Positions 38,602 through 49,278 are shown, counted from the stretch's first letter. The stretch is 64,000 nucleotides of DNA from Bacteroidia bacterium (GCA_030430325.1 JAUIFR010000001.1:387-64386), one strand, 5' to 3'. Numbers and translations: made by a program. Notes: generated by a model not told the origin, from the letters alone.

Positions 38602-39741
38602 ATGACATTTCAACTAAGCGAAGACCATTTGATGGTGCAAGAATCTGCAAGAAGTTTTGCTCAAAAAGAACTATTGCCAGGTGTAATTGAACGTGATGAC
38701 AAGCAGGAGTTTCCAAAAGATCAGATCCGGCAAATGGGGGAACTAGGTTTTCTAGGCATGATGGTCAACCCAAAGTACAGTGGCGGTGGTATGGATACGG
38801 TCTCATATGTCATTGCTATGGAAGAGATTTCAAAGATTGATGCCTCGGCTTCAGTGGTGATGTCGGTAAATAACTCACTGGTTTGCTGGGGTTTAGAGAA
38901 TTATGGCACGGAGGCTCAGAAAGAAAAATACCTTCACAAATTAGCTTCTGGAGAAATCATTGGTGCATTTTGCTTATCAGAGCCAGAGGCTGGATCTGAT
39001 GCAACATCTCAGCGAACAACTGCCATTGATATGGGTGATCATTATTTATTAAATGGCACCAAAAACTGGATCACAAATGGCAGTACAGCATCCGTTTACT
39101 TAGTCATCGCCCAATCAGATGTTGAGAAAAAACACAAGGGAATAAACGCCTTAATTGTTGAAAAAGGCATGGAAGGGTTTACCGTTGGTAAAAAAGAGGA
39201 TAAATTAGGTATTCGTGGAAGTGATACCCATTCGCTCATGTTTACCGATGTAAAAGTTCCTAAAGAAAACCGTATTGGTGAAGATGGTTTCGGTTTTAAT
39301 TTTGCTATGAAAACCTTAAATGGTGGAAGAATTGGCATAGCATCACAAGCACTGGGCATAGCATCCGGAGCCTATGAACTTGCACTTGCTTATAGTAAGG
39401 AAAGAAAAGCCTTTGGAAAGGAAATTTCTGGTCATCAGGCCATTCAATTCAAACTTGCTGACATGGCAACACAAATTGAGGCGGCACGTCTACTTTGTTA
39501 TAAAGCAGCCAAACTAAAAGATGAAGGCAAGGAATACGCCATGGCCAGTGCGATGGCTAAGCTTTATGCTTCTAAAGTGGCTATGGATGTATCAGTAGAA
39601 GCTGTACAGGTTCATGGAGGTTATGGATTTGTAAAGGAATATCATGTGGAGCGACTCATGCGAGATGCTAAGATTACTCAAATTTATGAAGGCACATCAG
39701 AGATCCAAAAAATTGTCATTGCTCGTGAAGTACTAAGATAA
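38602..39741 (+). CDS. Acyl-CoA dehydrogenase (short/medium-chain type)
   Basis: The 379-aa protein has the motifs GAFCLSEPEAGSD and IYEGTSEIQ. Confidence 0.9.
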   Translation: MTFQLSEDHLMVQESARSFAQKELLPGVIERDDKQEFPKDQIRQMGELGFLGMMVNPKYSGGGMDTVSYVIAMEEISKIDASASVVMSVNNSLVCWGLENYGTEAQKEKYLHKLASGEIIGAFCLSEPEAGSDATSQRTTAIDMGDHYLLNGTKNWITNGSTASVYLVIAQSDVEKKHKGINALIVEKGMEGFTVGKKEDKLGIRGSDTHSLMFTDVKVPKENRIGEDGFGFNFAMKTLNGGRIGIASQALGIASGAYELALAYSKERKAFGKEISGHQAIQFKLADMATQIEAARLLCYKAAKLKDEGKEYAMASAMAKLYASKVAMDVSVEAVQVHGGYGFVKEYHVERLMRDAKITQIYEGTSEIQKIVIAREVLR

Positions 39742-39773
39742 AAGCATCAAAATATGTGAAATGTCCAATTTTT

Positions 39774-39799
39774 AAAACCTTACATATGTAAGGTTTTTT
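39774..39799 (+). terminator. Intrinsic terminator
   Basis: The sequence is aaccttacatatgtaaggtt followed by tttt. Confidence 0.7.
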
Positions 39800-40021
39800 G
39801 CAATATGACAAAAAAAATTCAAATAAATATCACAAAAAAGTACTATATTTGTATAAAAGAAGATTCACTATGCTTAATTTTAAATTTTAAACTATATAAA
39901 TAAAAATTGGCATAAGTAATTGATATTTAAGAAATGTTATTGTATTTTTTGCAGTGAATAATTTTTTATGTAGAATTGCATTTGTGAGTTACAGTTTGGA
40001 TTCATATGAAAAATAAAATTT

Positions 40022-40939
40022 ATGGAAGATTATAATAAAATAATTGAGTCGCTCAGCGTAAGATTTGTGTTGGCTAAGAATATTGAAATATTACAACCCG
40101 TCACCATCGAGAATTATTATGATATCGAAAATTCACTCATCTATCTTAATAAAGGACAGATAAAGTTTGGTGAGAATGAAGAAGTAGTAGAAGAGGGTGA
40201 AATGTTATTTATACCGGGAGGTAAAAGCATACGCCTGACTTATGGCACTGGTAACCCCAATGTACAAACCAATGATGAGTTCATAAGCAATAAGGAAAAC
40301 TTCTTCCAACCGTTTTATGATCAAGATGACGTTACGGGTGAAAATTTTAGCGTAGTAAGCTTTGAGGCCAAAGCTTTTGACTCGGTAAACTTCTTTGGTT
40401 CACTTGATTTTCCACCATTTATTGTGAAAAAGAACAGCAAAATAATTTACCTTGTAAAAGATATTCTGAAAGAAAGTAACTCAGACTTGCCCGGTAAAGG
40501 TAGAGTGCTAAAGCTCACAACGGAGTATTTGGTTGTTGAAATCATAAGGCATGTACTCAAAAACCGTTATTTTGTTGAAGAACTTGCCACAAATATTACT
40601 TATTTTAAGGATCCCCGCCTCATCAATATTTTCTCTTATATTAAAGAGAACCTAAACGGTGACCTTTCCAACAAAATTTTGGCCAGTGTAGCCAACGTTT
40701 CAGAAGATTATGTAGGGCAGTATTTTAAATTACTAACCGGCATTAATCCACAAGACTACATTGAGTACCAACGCATGGAAAAAGCCGTACAGTTATTACG
40801 CACTTCCAAGATGAATATCCGTGACATCGGCCGCGAAGTAGGCTATAAAGACACTGCCTATTTCTGCCGACGGTTTAAGATGATGTTTGGAATACCTGCT
40901 GGTAAGATGCGAAGAAGAGAATCACTGATGAATGTATAA
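40022..40939 (+). CDS. AraC-family transcriptional regulator
   Basis: It has a C-terminal HTH_18 region (..RDIGREVGYKDTAYFCRRFKMMFG). Confidence 0.8.
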   Translation: MEDYNKIIESLSVRFVLAKNIEILQPVTIENYYDIENSLIYLNKGQIKFGENEEVVEEGEMLFIPGGKSIRLTYGTGNPNVQTNDEFISNKENFFQPFYDQDDVTGENFSVVSFEAKAFDSVNFFGSLDFPPFIVKKNSKIIYLVKDILKESNSDLPGKGRVLKLTTEYLVVEIIRHVLKNRYFVEELATNITYFKDPRLINIFSYIKENLNGDLSNKILASVANVSEDYVGQYFKLLTGINPQDYIEYQRMEKAVQLLRTSKMNIRDIGREVGYKDTAYFCRRFKMMFGIPAGKMRRRESLMNV

Positions 40940-40965
40940 TGCGTTTGTAAATAAAATAATAAAAG

Positions 40966-40992
40966 GCTAGCAATGATGCTAGCTTTTTTTTT
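40966..40992 (+). terminator. Intrinsic terminator between convergent genes
   Basis: The sequence is gctagcaatgatgctagc followed by ttttttttt. Confidence 0.7.
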
Positions 40993-40996
40993 GAGA

Positions 40997-42031
40997 CTAA
41001 AAATATGTTTTAACTGCAAACTCAAACTGGTTTATAAAAATCTCTTTAAAACTTGATATATTATTTTGTTCATAAAAAATCAACATCGCCTTTTTGTAAT
41101 CAATGGAGTCTACTGTTCTAAATGATAGTGGGCAATAATTATAATTCATTAATATTGCATTACTCACAATTCGGGCTGTTCTTTTATTTCCATCCATAAA
41201 TGGCTGGATATATGAAAGTAGAACTAATGTTAGTAAAGCTTTTTCAAATATACTTTGCTTCCCATTTATTAATTCACAAGTATTTGTGAGCGCTTCTAAT
41301 ATTTGAAATTCATTATCTAGAGGGGTATAGTTTGTACCAGAAATACCTACTCGTCGCTTTCTTAGGTTTCGTTCAACCGCCAACTCTTTTGTAAGTATAC
41401 TATGTATATCCTCAATTTTTGAAACGGTCAATGGGCTTAGATATCCTTCGTGCTCAATTATGAAGTCAAGAGCATTCTTGTGATTTAATAACATCACTGC
41501 TTCCTCCTTCGTTTTTCCTGATGCCGTTTCTTTTTCTCTTAAAAGTCTCTCTGTTTCAAGTAGCGAATACGTATTTCCTTCAATTTGTGATGATTTCCAA
41601 CTTAAATCAATGGCAAGCCTTTCTAGCTCTTTTTTATACTCAAATTCAGATAATTCTGCCACATTTGACCGGTATTCCTCTTGTAATAATGTTAGCTTTT
41701 CCAGTTCCAAGCCTGTAAACACACTGTACTGCTTAAGCACTTCTATAATATTAGAATTAAATGTGCGTATAATTTGTCGCTCATCTATTTCTTTTTCATA
41801 ATACTTCTTAATATTGATGGGGGAAATCACCTTATATGCGGGTGATAAATAGTATTTTGTTCCTTTACCTTGACCTTTTGTAAGCAAATAGTTGCTGGAT
41901 TGCAAATCTGCTAGTACCCTTTTCAAAGTCGAATAGCTAATTGTAGAACTTATTCCATCAAATATTTCTTTTGACGAACTAGCACCTTTTTCTTTTATAA
42001 AATCTACTATTTGCTGCGTTCGAATATTCAT
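40997..42031 (-). CDS. Fic/Doc-family protein with an N-terminal winged helix and a degenerate active-site motif
   Basis: The motif region reads QPFMDGNKRTAR, where the family has H-x-F-x-D-G/A-N-G/K-R-x-x-R. Confidence 0.75.
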   Translation of the reverse strand: MNIRTQQIVDFIKEKGASSSKEIFDGISSTISYSTLKRVLADLQSSNYLLTKGQGKGTKYYLSPAYKVISPINIKKYYEKEIDERQIIRTFNSNIIEVLKQYSVFTGLELEKLTLLQEEYRSNVAELSEFEYKKELERLAIDLSWKSSQIEGNTYSLLETERLLREKETASGKTKEEAVMLLNHKNALDFIIEHEGYLSPLTVSKIEDIHSILTKELAVERNLRKRRVGISGTNYTPLDNEFQILEALTNTCELINGKQSIFEKALLTLVLLSYIQPFMDGNKRTARIVSNAILMNYNYCPLSFRTVDSIDYKKAMLIFYEQNNISSFKEIFINQFEFAVKTYF

Positions 42032-42200
42032 TTTCTTATTTATAGCTCATAAAAATAATGTATTTAGGTCAAATTTGGCAGTTTTTGAGCTCTATTTCGT
42101 GCTTGGATGAGCTACAAATTAGAATATTCAACCGAATTAAGCGTTATCTCTATTACAATTGATCCATTTTTTTTACATATTTGTAAAAAACTCATAAATC

Positions 42201-43499
42201 ATGCGATACACCAAAATCGATTCGAAGTTGTTTATTCAAAACCGCAAGCAGTTAGCCCGTTTAACAGCGCCAAACTCGATCATCATTTTACATGCAAATG
42301 ACATCTTACCTACCAACGCAGACGGTGTATTGCCATTTTACCAAAATAAAGATTTGTTTTACCTCTCAGGCATAGATCAAGAGGATACCATGCTCGTTAT
42401 GTTCCCTGACTTTGTAGAAGAAAAATTTCGTGAAGTACTTTTTATTAAAGAAACTAGTGAGCTAATTGCCATTTGGGATGGGAGCAAACTTACTAAAGAG
42501 GAGGCCAGCAAAGCCTCTGGCATAGAAACTGTTTATTGGATTCATGAATTTGACAAAGTAGTGAAACAGCTGTTCTTCGAAGCTGAAAATATATATTTAA
42601 ATACCAACGAGCATACGCGCGCCAGTGTGCCGATTCTTACTAAAGAGCGACGTTTTGTCGATGAGTGCAAGAAAAAATATCCGCTGCACCAATATCATCG
42701 ACTCGCACCCATTCTGAGTAAGCTTCGAGCGGTAAAATCAAGCATTGAGATCGACTTATTGCAAGCTGCTTGTAATATAACAGAGCAGGGCTTTCGACGT
42801 GTATTATCATTTGTAAAACCAGGCGTGTTTGAATTTGAAATTGAAGCGGAATTTATTCATGAATTTGTTCGAAACCGTTCGCGTGGGTTTGCCTATTCAC
42901 CAATTATTGCCACAGGAGGCAATGCCTGTGTGCTACACTATATTGATAACCAAGACCAGTGCCAGGATGGTGATTTGATACTTTTTGATGTGGGAGCAGA
43001 ATATGCTAATTATAACGCTGATATGACACGTACAATCCCAGTAAACGGGCGGTATACAGATCGGCAAAAAGCGGTGTATAATGCCGTATTACGTGTGATG
43101 CGCAAGGCCATGTCATTATTAACTCCAGGTAATAACTTAGTAGACTACCACGAAGAAGTAGGTAAAATAATGGAAAGTGAGTTAATCGAGCTCGGGCTCA
43201 TCGACCGTACAGACGTAAAAAATCAAGATCCTAAACACCCACTTTATAAAAAGTATTTTATGCATGGTACATCACATCACCTAGGGCTTGATGTGCATGA
43301 TGTTGGCAGTAAATACATGCCTTTCGAAGCCGGAATGGTGTTTACCGTTGAGCCAGGCATTTATATCCGGGAAGAAAATATCGGTATTCGGTTAGAAAAC
43401 GATGTGGTCATCACCAGCAATGGTGTAAATGACCTTATGAAAACCATCCCAATTGAGACAGAAGAGATCGAAGAATTAATGTCTGGATCGAATAGCTAA
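42201..43499 (+). CDS. pepP: Xaa-Pro aminopeptidase (M24B)
   Basis: It has the AMP_N domain plus M24 metal ligands (DVGAEY..NADMTR, HGTSHHLGLDVHD, EPGIY). Confidence 0.85.
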   Translation: MRYTKIDSKLFIQNRKQLARLTAPNSIIILHANDILPTNADGVLPFYQNKDLFYLSGIDQEDTMLVMFPDFVEEKFREVLFIKETSELIAIWDGSKLTKEEASKASGIETVYWIHEFDKVVKQLFFEAENIYLNTNEHTRASVPILTKERRFVDECKKKYPLHQYHRLAPILSKLRAVKSSIEIDLLQAACNITEQGFRRVLSFVKPGVFEFEIEAEFIHEFVRNRSRGFAYSPIIATGGNACVLHYIDNQDQCQDGDLILFDVGAEYANYNADMTRTIPVNGRYTDRQKAVYNAVLRVMRKAMSLLTPGNNLVDYHEEVGKIMESELIELGLIDRTDVKNQDPKHPLYKKYFMHGTSHHLGLDVHDVGSKYMPFEAGMVFTVEPGIYIREENIGIRLENDVVITSNGVNDLMKTIPIETEEIEELMSGSNS

Positions 43500-43541
43500 T
43501 TTGTACTTTTTTAAGAATTTTTCCTTGAAAAGTGCAATGAT

Positions 43542-43570
43542 TTGATAAAAATTAAGCTAAAATTGAACAA
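43542..43570. repeat. Copy of the dispersed AT-rich palindromic element
   Basis: The sequence is ttgataaaaattaagctaaaattgaacaa. Confidence 0.5.
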
Positions 43571-43587
43571 AAGTAAGAATATAAGCT

Positions 43588-45273
43588 TTGAAAAATACTA
43601 CTGCACATATTGGTTTAATCGTACTAATTTGCCTGCTCTCTTTAGTTCAAAGTTATGCTCAAAGCCGAAAGGTACCGCATAAAATGGCTTTTGCTGATAT
43701 GGAGCTTGAAATTACCAGCGGTGCACGCGAAGAAATCCAGAAAAGCGTCAATAGCCTTACCAAAAACCCAAAATACTTTAAAATCAAGGTGGATAGGGCC
43801 CAGTTTTATTTTCCAATTATTGAAAAGATTTTTGAGCAAGAGCATTTGCCCGATGACTTCAAATACCTTGTCTTGCAAGAAAGTGCCTTAATTTCCGATG
43901 CAGTGAGTTCATCGAATGCCGTGGGCTTTTGGCAATTTAAAAAGGAAGCTGCTGTAGAAGTAGGCATGAGGGTTGATCATCAGGTAGATGAACGAATGAA
44001 CATTGTTTCTGCCACAAGGGGAGCGGCTAAATATTTAAAAAAGAATAATTTTTTCTTTAGGAATTGGTGGTACACCTTGCTTTCGTATAATTTGGGTAGA
44101 GGAGGTGCTCAACAGTATGCGAATATAAAATACGCAGGCGCCAAAAAAATGAAGGTAGATAAACATACGCATTGGTATGTATTGAAATTCCTAGCGCATA
44201 AAGTCGCTTTTGAAGGACATACCAGCCCTGGTGCTACACCTGGCCTAGTAGCCCATTTGCATGAAGATTATGGGGGAATGGACCTCAAAAAAGTGGCTAA
44301 GGAGGCTTCAACAGAGCTCGATTCAATTAAACTTTATAATAAGTGGCTCAAAAAAGGCAATGTGCCCGAAGACAAAGTGTATACGGTGGTTGTCCCCAAA
44401 TATTCAATAGATCGATTAGTAGCTGTTGCCAACCAAATGGATAGTATCCCCAAAGCTGTTGTGAGCCAAAAGATAGAGCCTACACCAGCACCAGAGGCTA
44501 GTGCACTTAGCCCGACATTAACTTCATTTAATGACCTAAGTGCTATCATCGTTCAAAAAGGTAATACCATTCAAGATTTAGCACGTACTGGCAATGTTTC
44601 ACCAGAAAATTTCTTGAAATTTAATGACCTAAATGAAGGAGATCTACCACAAATTGGCCAGACTTATTACTTAGAAGAAAAACATGACACCTCGAAGTGG
44701 GATTTCCATGTTTATAAAGCAGGTCAGACACTCTGGACCATCTCACAGCAATACGGTATTAAACTAAATGCTTTGCTCGCATTAAACAATTTGGCACCTA
44801 ATGCCTCCCTCTCAGTAGGAAAAAAACTTAAACTAAACAACCAACACCCCTTACCACAATACCCGATCAATGCGAATAAAAAAGTAGAGCAGAATGTAGA
44901 TGCTAGTCCCGATAATACAGATACAGTTTATCATGTTGTAAAAAAAGGAGAAACACTCTATCAAATAGCACAATTACATGGTGTTGGTATATCACAATTA
45001 ATGGGCTGGAATGATTTAAATGATCAACAATTAAACATTGGTCAAAAACTTATAATAACACCACAAAAAAAGACGGAGTATCGTGCAAAAATCTTGGAAA
45101 ATAGCAAAAACCAAGAAAAAACTTACATGCAGCATATTGTTCAACCAGGCGATACGTTATTTAAAATCGCCAAACAATACGGGGTTGAGGTAAGCGAAAT
45201 CATGCATTGGAACAGCAAGAGAGCATATGATTTAAAAATAGGAGAATATTTAAAGATAGTGGCAAATCCCTAA
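43588..45273 (+). CDS. Lytic transglycosylase (SLT domain) with C-terminal LysM repeats (MltD-like)
   Basis: A TTG start is needed to keep the signal peptide. The SLT motif is QESALISDAVSSSNAVGFWQF, followed by three LysM-like repeats. Confidence 0.8.
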   Translation: MKNTTAHIGLIVLICLLSLVQSYAQSRKVPHKMAFADMELEITSGAREEIQKSVNSLTKNPKYFKIKVDRAQFYFPIIEKIFEQEHLPDDFKYLVLQESALISDAVSSSNAVGFWQFKKEAAVEVGMRVDHQVDERMNIVSATRGAAKYLKKNNFFFRNWWYTLLSYNLGRGGAQQYANIKYAGAKKMKVDKHTHWYVLKFLAHKVAFEGHTSPGATPGLVAHLHEDYGGMDLKKVAKEASTELDSIKLYNKWLKKGNVPEDKVYTVVVPKYSIDRLVAVANQMDSIPKAVVSQKIEPTPAPEASALSPTLTSFNDLSAIIVQKGNTIQDLARTGNVSPENFLKFNDLNEGDLPQIGQTYYLEEKHDTSKWDFHVYKAGQTLWTISQQYGIKLNALLALNNLAPNASLSVGKKLKLNNQHPLPQYPINANKKVEQNVDASPDNTDTVYHVVKKGETLYQIAQLHGVGISQLMGWNDLNDQQLNIGQKLIITPQKKTEYRAKILENSKNQEKTYMQHIVQPGDTLFKIAKQYGVEVSEIMHWNSKRAYDLKIGEYLKIVANP

Positions 45274-45448
45274 ATACTTCATTTTTTTGATATTTTATTA
45301 CACATACAATAAATTTGGCATTAATGCAAAGAAGTAATGCAGGTCTTCTATTATATTTATCGTCTATAGAATGTGTGGCTTAAACAATTCTTTTATACAC
45401 ACAATCTATTGTGAATCAGAAACTTAGAAAAAAATAAAATGCGCCCAT

Positions 45449-45862
45449 ATGGATACAGCATCAAATATAATTGATCTAGTAATGTTAGTAGATGATAATG
45501 ATACCGATAACTTTATAAGTAAACGTATCATTGAAATCACAAAATTTGCTAAGCAAATTGAAATTAAGAACTCTGGTAAAAGTGCGCTTGAATACCTTGA
45601 AAAACATGCCGGTGAGCCTGATAAGACCCCTGATTTAGTTTTTTTAGATATTAATATGCCCATTGTAGATGGTTTTGTTTTCTTATATGAGTTTGAAAAA
45701 CACGCGGAATCCTTTGTAAAGCCATGTAAGGTTATCATTTTGTCAAGTTCTGATAATAAAAGAGATATTGACAAAATTATTAATAATGAGTATGTCATTA
45801 AATTCATAACCAAACCGCTTACAGAAGTTACGCTAAATGAGATAAAGGCGGAAGGTTTTTAG
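45449..45862 (+). CDS. Stand-alone response-regulator receiver protein
   Basis: It has the acidic pocket DDND and the phospho-acceptor context LVFLDINMP. Confidence 0.8.
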   Translation: MDTASNIIDLVMLVDDNDTDNFISKRIIEITKFAKQIEIKNSGKSALEYLEKHAGEPDKTPDLVFLDINMPIVDGFVFLYEFEKHAESFVKPCKVIILSSSDNKRDIDKIINNEYVIKFITKPLTEVTLNEIKAEGF

Positions 45863-45896
45863 TTGTATTAAAATTCTAATTATACGCAATTTTTCA

Positions 45897-47807
45897 TTAT
45901 TCATTGATTTCTTCTAATTGCATATAATAGTCTTCCCATTGGGCTTGTAAGGTGTCTTTTTCCTGAATAAAGCTTTTCAGTCGTGACTCTAATGCCTGTA
46001 ATTTTTCATGATCATTAAAGTTCTCAGGCAAGGCCATTTGCTCATGAATTAGTTTTTCATCTTTCTCCAGCGTTGCAATTTGTTCTTCTAACAGAGCTAA
46101 TTTCTTTTTGAGTTGACTGATCTTTTTTTGCTGAGGTGAACGAGTAGGTTTGTTGGATTTCTTTTGGGGTTTAGGGGTCGATTGAGCTGCTTGCTTAGGT
46201 TGTTTGTTTTGTTCCTGTTTGTTTTTCCAATATTCATACTCATCATAAGTACCAGGATACTCCTTGATTTGCTGATCTTGAATATACCAAATCTTATTGG
46301 CAACATTTCTTATAAAATAACGGTTGTGCGAAATAATGAGTAAACTACCTGCATAATTTTGCAAAGCTTGAATCAAAATTTCGATGGAGGGAATATCAAG
46401 ATGGTTGGTCGGTTCATCTAATAACAAAAAATTAGCATTTGTCAGTAGTGTCTTAGCAAGGGCTACGCGTGATTTTTCGCCTCCAGACAGTACCTTGATC
46501 TTTTTGTGTACATCATCTTTGGAGAATAAAAAACACCCTAATAATGTACGGATCTCCAATTCGGTACGCGAAGTACCAAGCTGAACAAGTTCTTGGATAA
46601 TCTCGTTACTCAATGTAAGTGCTTCGAGCTGATGCTGTGCAAAAGAGGCAATCTCCAAATTATGCCCTGGCTGGCGCAAACCCTCAAATTGCTCCGTGCC
46701 ATTCAAAATCCGAAGTAATGTTGATTTTCCCTTTCCATTCGGGCCAATTAGTGCAATTTTATCTCCTCGTTCTACGTGTATGGAGGTATCTTTAAAAAGT
46801 GTAAGGTCACCATAAGCCTTACTGATATTTTCGAGGCGAATCACATACTTGCCCGATGGTTTTGAAAAATTGAACTTAAAGTGGATCTCAGCGGCAGCGG
46901 AGTCTATCGCTTCAACCCTGTCCATTCGTTCTAGTGCTTTTACACGTGATTGAACTTGCTTAGCCTTGCTTGCTTTGGCCCGAAAGCGCTCAATAAAACG
47001 CTCGGTCTGTTTTATTTTTTGCTGTTGGTTTTCATAAGCATTAGCTTGAATCTCTTGCCTGATAGCCTTTTCTTCCAAATAAAATGCATAATCACCCGCA
47101 TAGTCATGGAATATCCCTCCAGAAATTTCCACCACACGATTCACCGTATTATTTATAAATTGCTGATCATGTGATACGATCATTACTGCCCCATCATACT
47201 GCCTCAAATATTGTTCCAGCCAAATAATAGAGGGTAAATCTAAATGGTTGGTAGGTTCGTCAAGCAAAAGTAGAGATGGCTGCTCCAGAAGTAGCTTCGC
47301 CAAAATCACTCGCATTCTCCAGCCTCCAGAAAAAGTACTCAGCGGACGATCAAGATCGGATGTTTTAAACCCTATACCCTCAAGTACTTCACCAGCCTTG
47401 GCTTGCATAGTATACCCCCCTTGTAGCTCAAATTGTTCTTGTAAATTAGTAAGTTGCTGTAAGAGTTTATCTGTGTAACGCTCCTCTAGCTCAACTAATA
47501 GTTTATTAATCTTAGTTTGCATTTCAAGAAGTGTGGAAAACGCACTCATGGCAATTTCTAAAATGGAAGAGTCACTCTCTAACGATAACGCATCTTGATC
47601 CAAAAAACCAATTTTACAATCCTTACTTTTGCTCACTACCCCTTGATTTGGCTTGAATTGACCAACAATTACACGAAGTAATGTCGATTTTCCTACGCCA
47701 TTAAGGCCAATTAATCCAATTTTATCATTATTTTTAATGTGCAAAGAGGCATTTTCGAATAAGGACCTGTTACCTAGGTGATATGTAATAGAAGAAATTG
47801 TAAGCAT
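45897..47807 (-). CDS. ABC-F family ATPase (two NBDs, C-terminal coiled coil)
   Basis: It has two Walker A motifs (GLNGVGKST, GPNGKGKST) and two LSGG signatures. ATG 47807 is preferred over the track TTG 47825. Confidence 0.85.
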   Translation of the reverse strand: MLTISSITYHLGNRSLFENASLHIKNNDKIGLIGLNGVGKSTLLRVIVGQFKPNQGVVSKSKDCKIGFLDQDALSLESDSSILEIAMSAFSTLLEMQTKINKLLVELEERYTDKLLQQLTNLQEQFELQGGYTMQAKAGEVLEGIGFKTSDLDRPLSTFSGGWRMRVILAKLLLEQPSLLLLDEPTNHLDLPSIIWLEQYLRQYDGAVMIVSHDQQFINNTVNRVVEISGGIFHDYAGDYAFYLEEKAIRQEIQANAYENQQQKIKQTERFIERFRAKASKAKQVQSRVKALERMDRVEAIDSAAAEIHFKFNFSKPSGKYVIRLENISKAYGDLTLFKDTSIHVERGDKIALIGPNGKGKSTLLRILNGTEQFEGLRQPGHNLEIASFAQHQLEALTLSNEIIQELVQLGTSRTELEIRTLLGCFLFSKDDVHKKIKVLSGGEKSRVALAKTLLTNANFLLLDEPTNHLDIPSIEILIQALQNYAGSLLIISHNRYFIRNVANKIWYIQDQQIKEYPGTYDEYEYWKNKQEQNKQPKQAAQSTPKPQKKSNKPTRSPQQKKISQLKKKLALLEEQIATLEKDEKLIHEQMALPENFNDHEKLQALESRLKSFIQEKDTLQAQWEDYYMQLEEINE

Positions 47808-47912
47808 AGAAATAATTTTCAACAAAATTAATGAATTTTTATAGAGAGTTAACCTCGTGACAAAAAGATTATGCGAGAATAACTTTTTTGGTACCTTTGA
47901 AAAAAACTAAAA

Positions 47913-48587
47913 ATGAATCCGGCAGAACCAAAATTTGTACCTTTCGAGCATGAATTAGCACTGAGACCTGATGAGCTTCCTACCAAAAGTAGAGAGGTTT
48001 ATCAACGCATGAACAGCCGCAGAACGGTTCGTGAGTTTTCAGATAGGCCCATCCTAAAAGAAGTTATCGAAAATATAATTCTTGCAGCATCGACTGCGCC
48101 CTCAGGAGCGAATAAGCAGCCTTGGACATTTTGCCTCATTGGTGACCAAGGCTATAAAAAAGCCATACGACAAGCTGCCGAAAAAGAAGAGTATGAAAAT
48201 TATCATGGGAGAATGTCCGTAGAGTGGCTTCAGGATCTTGCAAAATTCGAAACGGACTGGAACAAACCATTTTTAGAAATAGCCCCATGGCTCATTGTGG
48301 TTTTTAAGCGAGTTTATGAATTAGACCAAACTGACAAAAAATATAATAATTATTATGTAAACGAATCAGTTGGGATTGCCTGTGGTATGCTACTACAAGC
48401 CATACATGAATGTGGGTTGGTATCTGTGACCCATACGCCAAGTCCAATGAATTTTTTGAGCAAATTACTAAAACGACCTGATAATGAGCGCCCATTTCTG
48501 TTAATCCCAGTCGGGCACCCGGCAGAAGGTGCCAAGGTTCCAAATATTGGTAGAAAAAGTAAGGAAGAGTTAATTTGTTATTATTGA
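47913..48587 (+). CDS. Nitroreductase-superfamily flavoprotein, iodotyrosine deiodinase (IYD)-like
   Basis: It is collinear, as I recall the sequence, with animal IYD: RRTVREF, TAPSGANKQPWTF, EKEEYENY..DWNK, YYVNESVGIACG. Confidence 0.7.
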   Translation: MNPAEPKFVPFEHELALRPDELPTKSREVYQRMNSRRTVREFSDRPILKEVIENIILAASTAPSGANKQPWTFCLIGDQGYKKAIRQAAEKEEYENYHGRMSVEWLQDLAKFETDWNKPFLEIAPWLIVVFKRVYELDQTDKKYNNYYVNESVGIACGMLLQAIHECGLVSVTHTPSPMNFLSKLLKRPDNERPFLLIPVGHPAEGAKVPNIGRKSKEELICYY

Positions 48588-48660
48588 GACTATTTTTTGA
48601 TAATACGTTATTGCCTAAGTTAATTAATACCTAAATTGCAGATTAGTTGGTAGCAGACTT

Positions 48661-49278
48661 ATGAATATGAAATATTTAAAATATTATTTACTCAGTTTAA
48701 GTGTAGTTGTAGTGGACCACATGGTTAAGCTTCTGGTATACTTTAATATGGAGCTTGGCAGTATTGGTGAAATTCCGCTTATAGGCAATTGGTTTAAGTT
48801 GCATTATACCCTAAACCCCGGAATGGCATTTGGGTTAGAACTAGGCTGGGTTTATGGCAAATTTTTCTTGACGTTTTTCCGTATTATCGTAATGGGTGTA
48901 ATTGCCTACTTGCTTTATAATTTAATTAAAAACAAAAAATATGGCGTAGGGCTTTATTGCTGCATTGCGTTGATTTTAGGTGGTGCCGTTGGGAATATTA
49001 TTGATAGTATATTTTATGGTGCTATATTAAATAACGCGCCTTATAATGCCCCTACGCCATGGTTTCATGGGCAAGTGATCGATATGTTCTATTTAGATAT
49101 TTGGGAAGGTAAAATCCTTGGCATGCATTTAGCACTATGGCCAATTTTTAATATTGCAGATTCGGCTATCTTTATAGGAGTATGCATACTCATTATATTC
49201 CAAAAAAAACTACTGCATAAAACCAAAAAACTTGAACCTGAAGCAAGCCCTACACCTGAAAATATTGATCAAAATTAG
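48661..49278 (+). CDS. lspA: Lipoprotein signal peptidase II
   Basis: It has four TM segments and the motifs N.G.AFG and FNIAD. Confidence 0.85.
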   Translation: MNMKYLKYYLLSLSVVVVDHMVKLLVYFNMELGSIGEIPLIGNWFKLHYTLNPGMAFGLELGWVYGKFFLTFFRIIVMGVIAYLLYNLIKNKKYGVGLYCCIALILGGAVGNIIDSIFYGAILNNAPYNAPTPWFHGQVIDMFYLDIWEGKILGMHLALWPIFNIADSAIFIGVCILIIFQKKLLHKTKKLEPEASPTPENIDQN

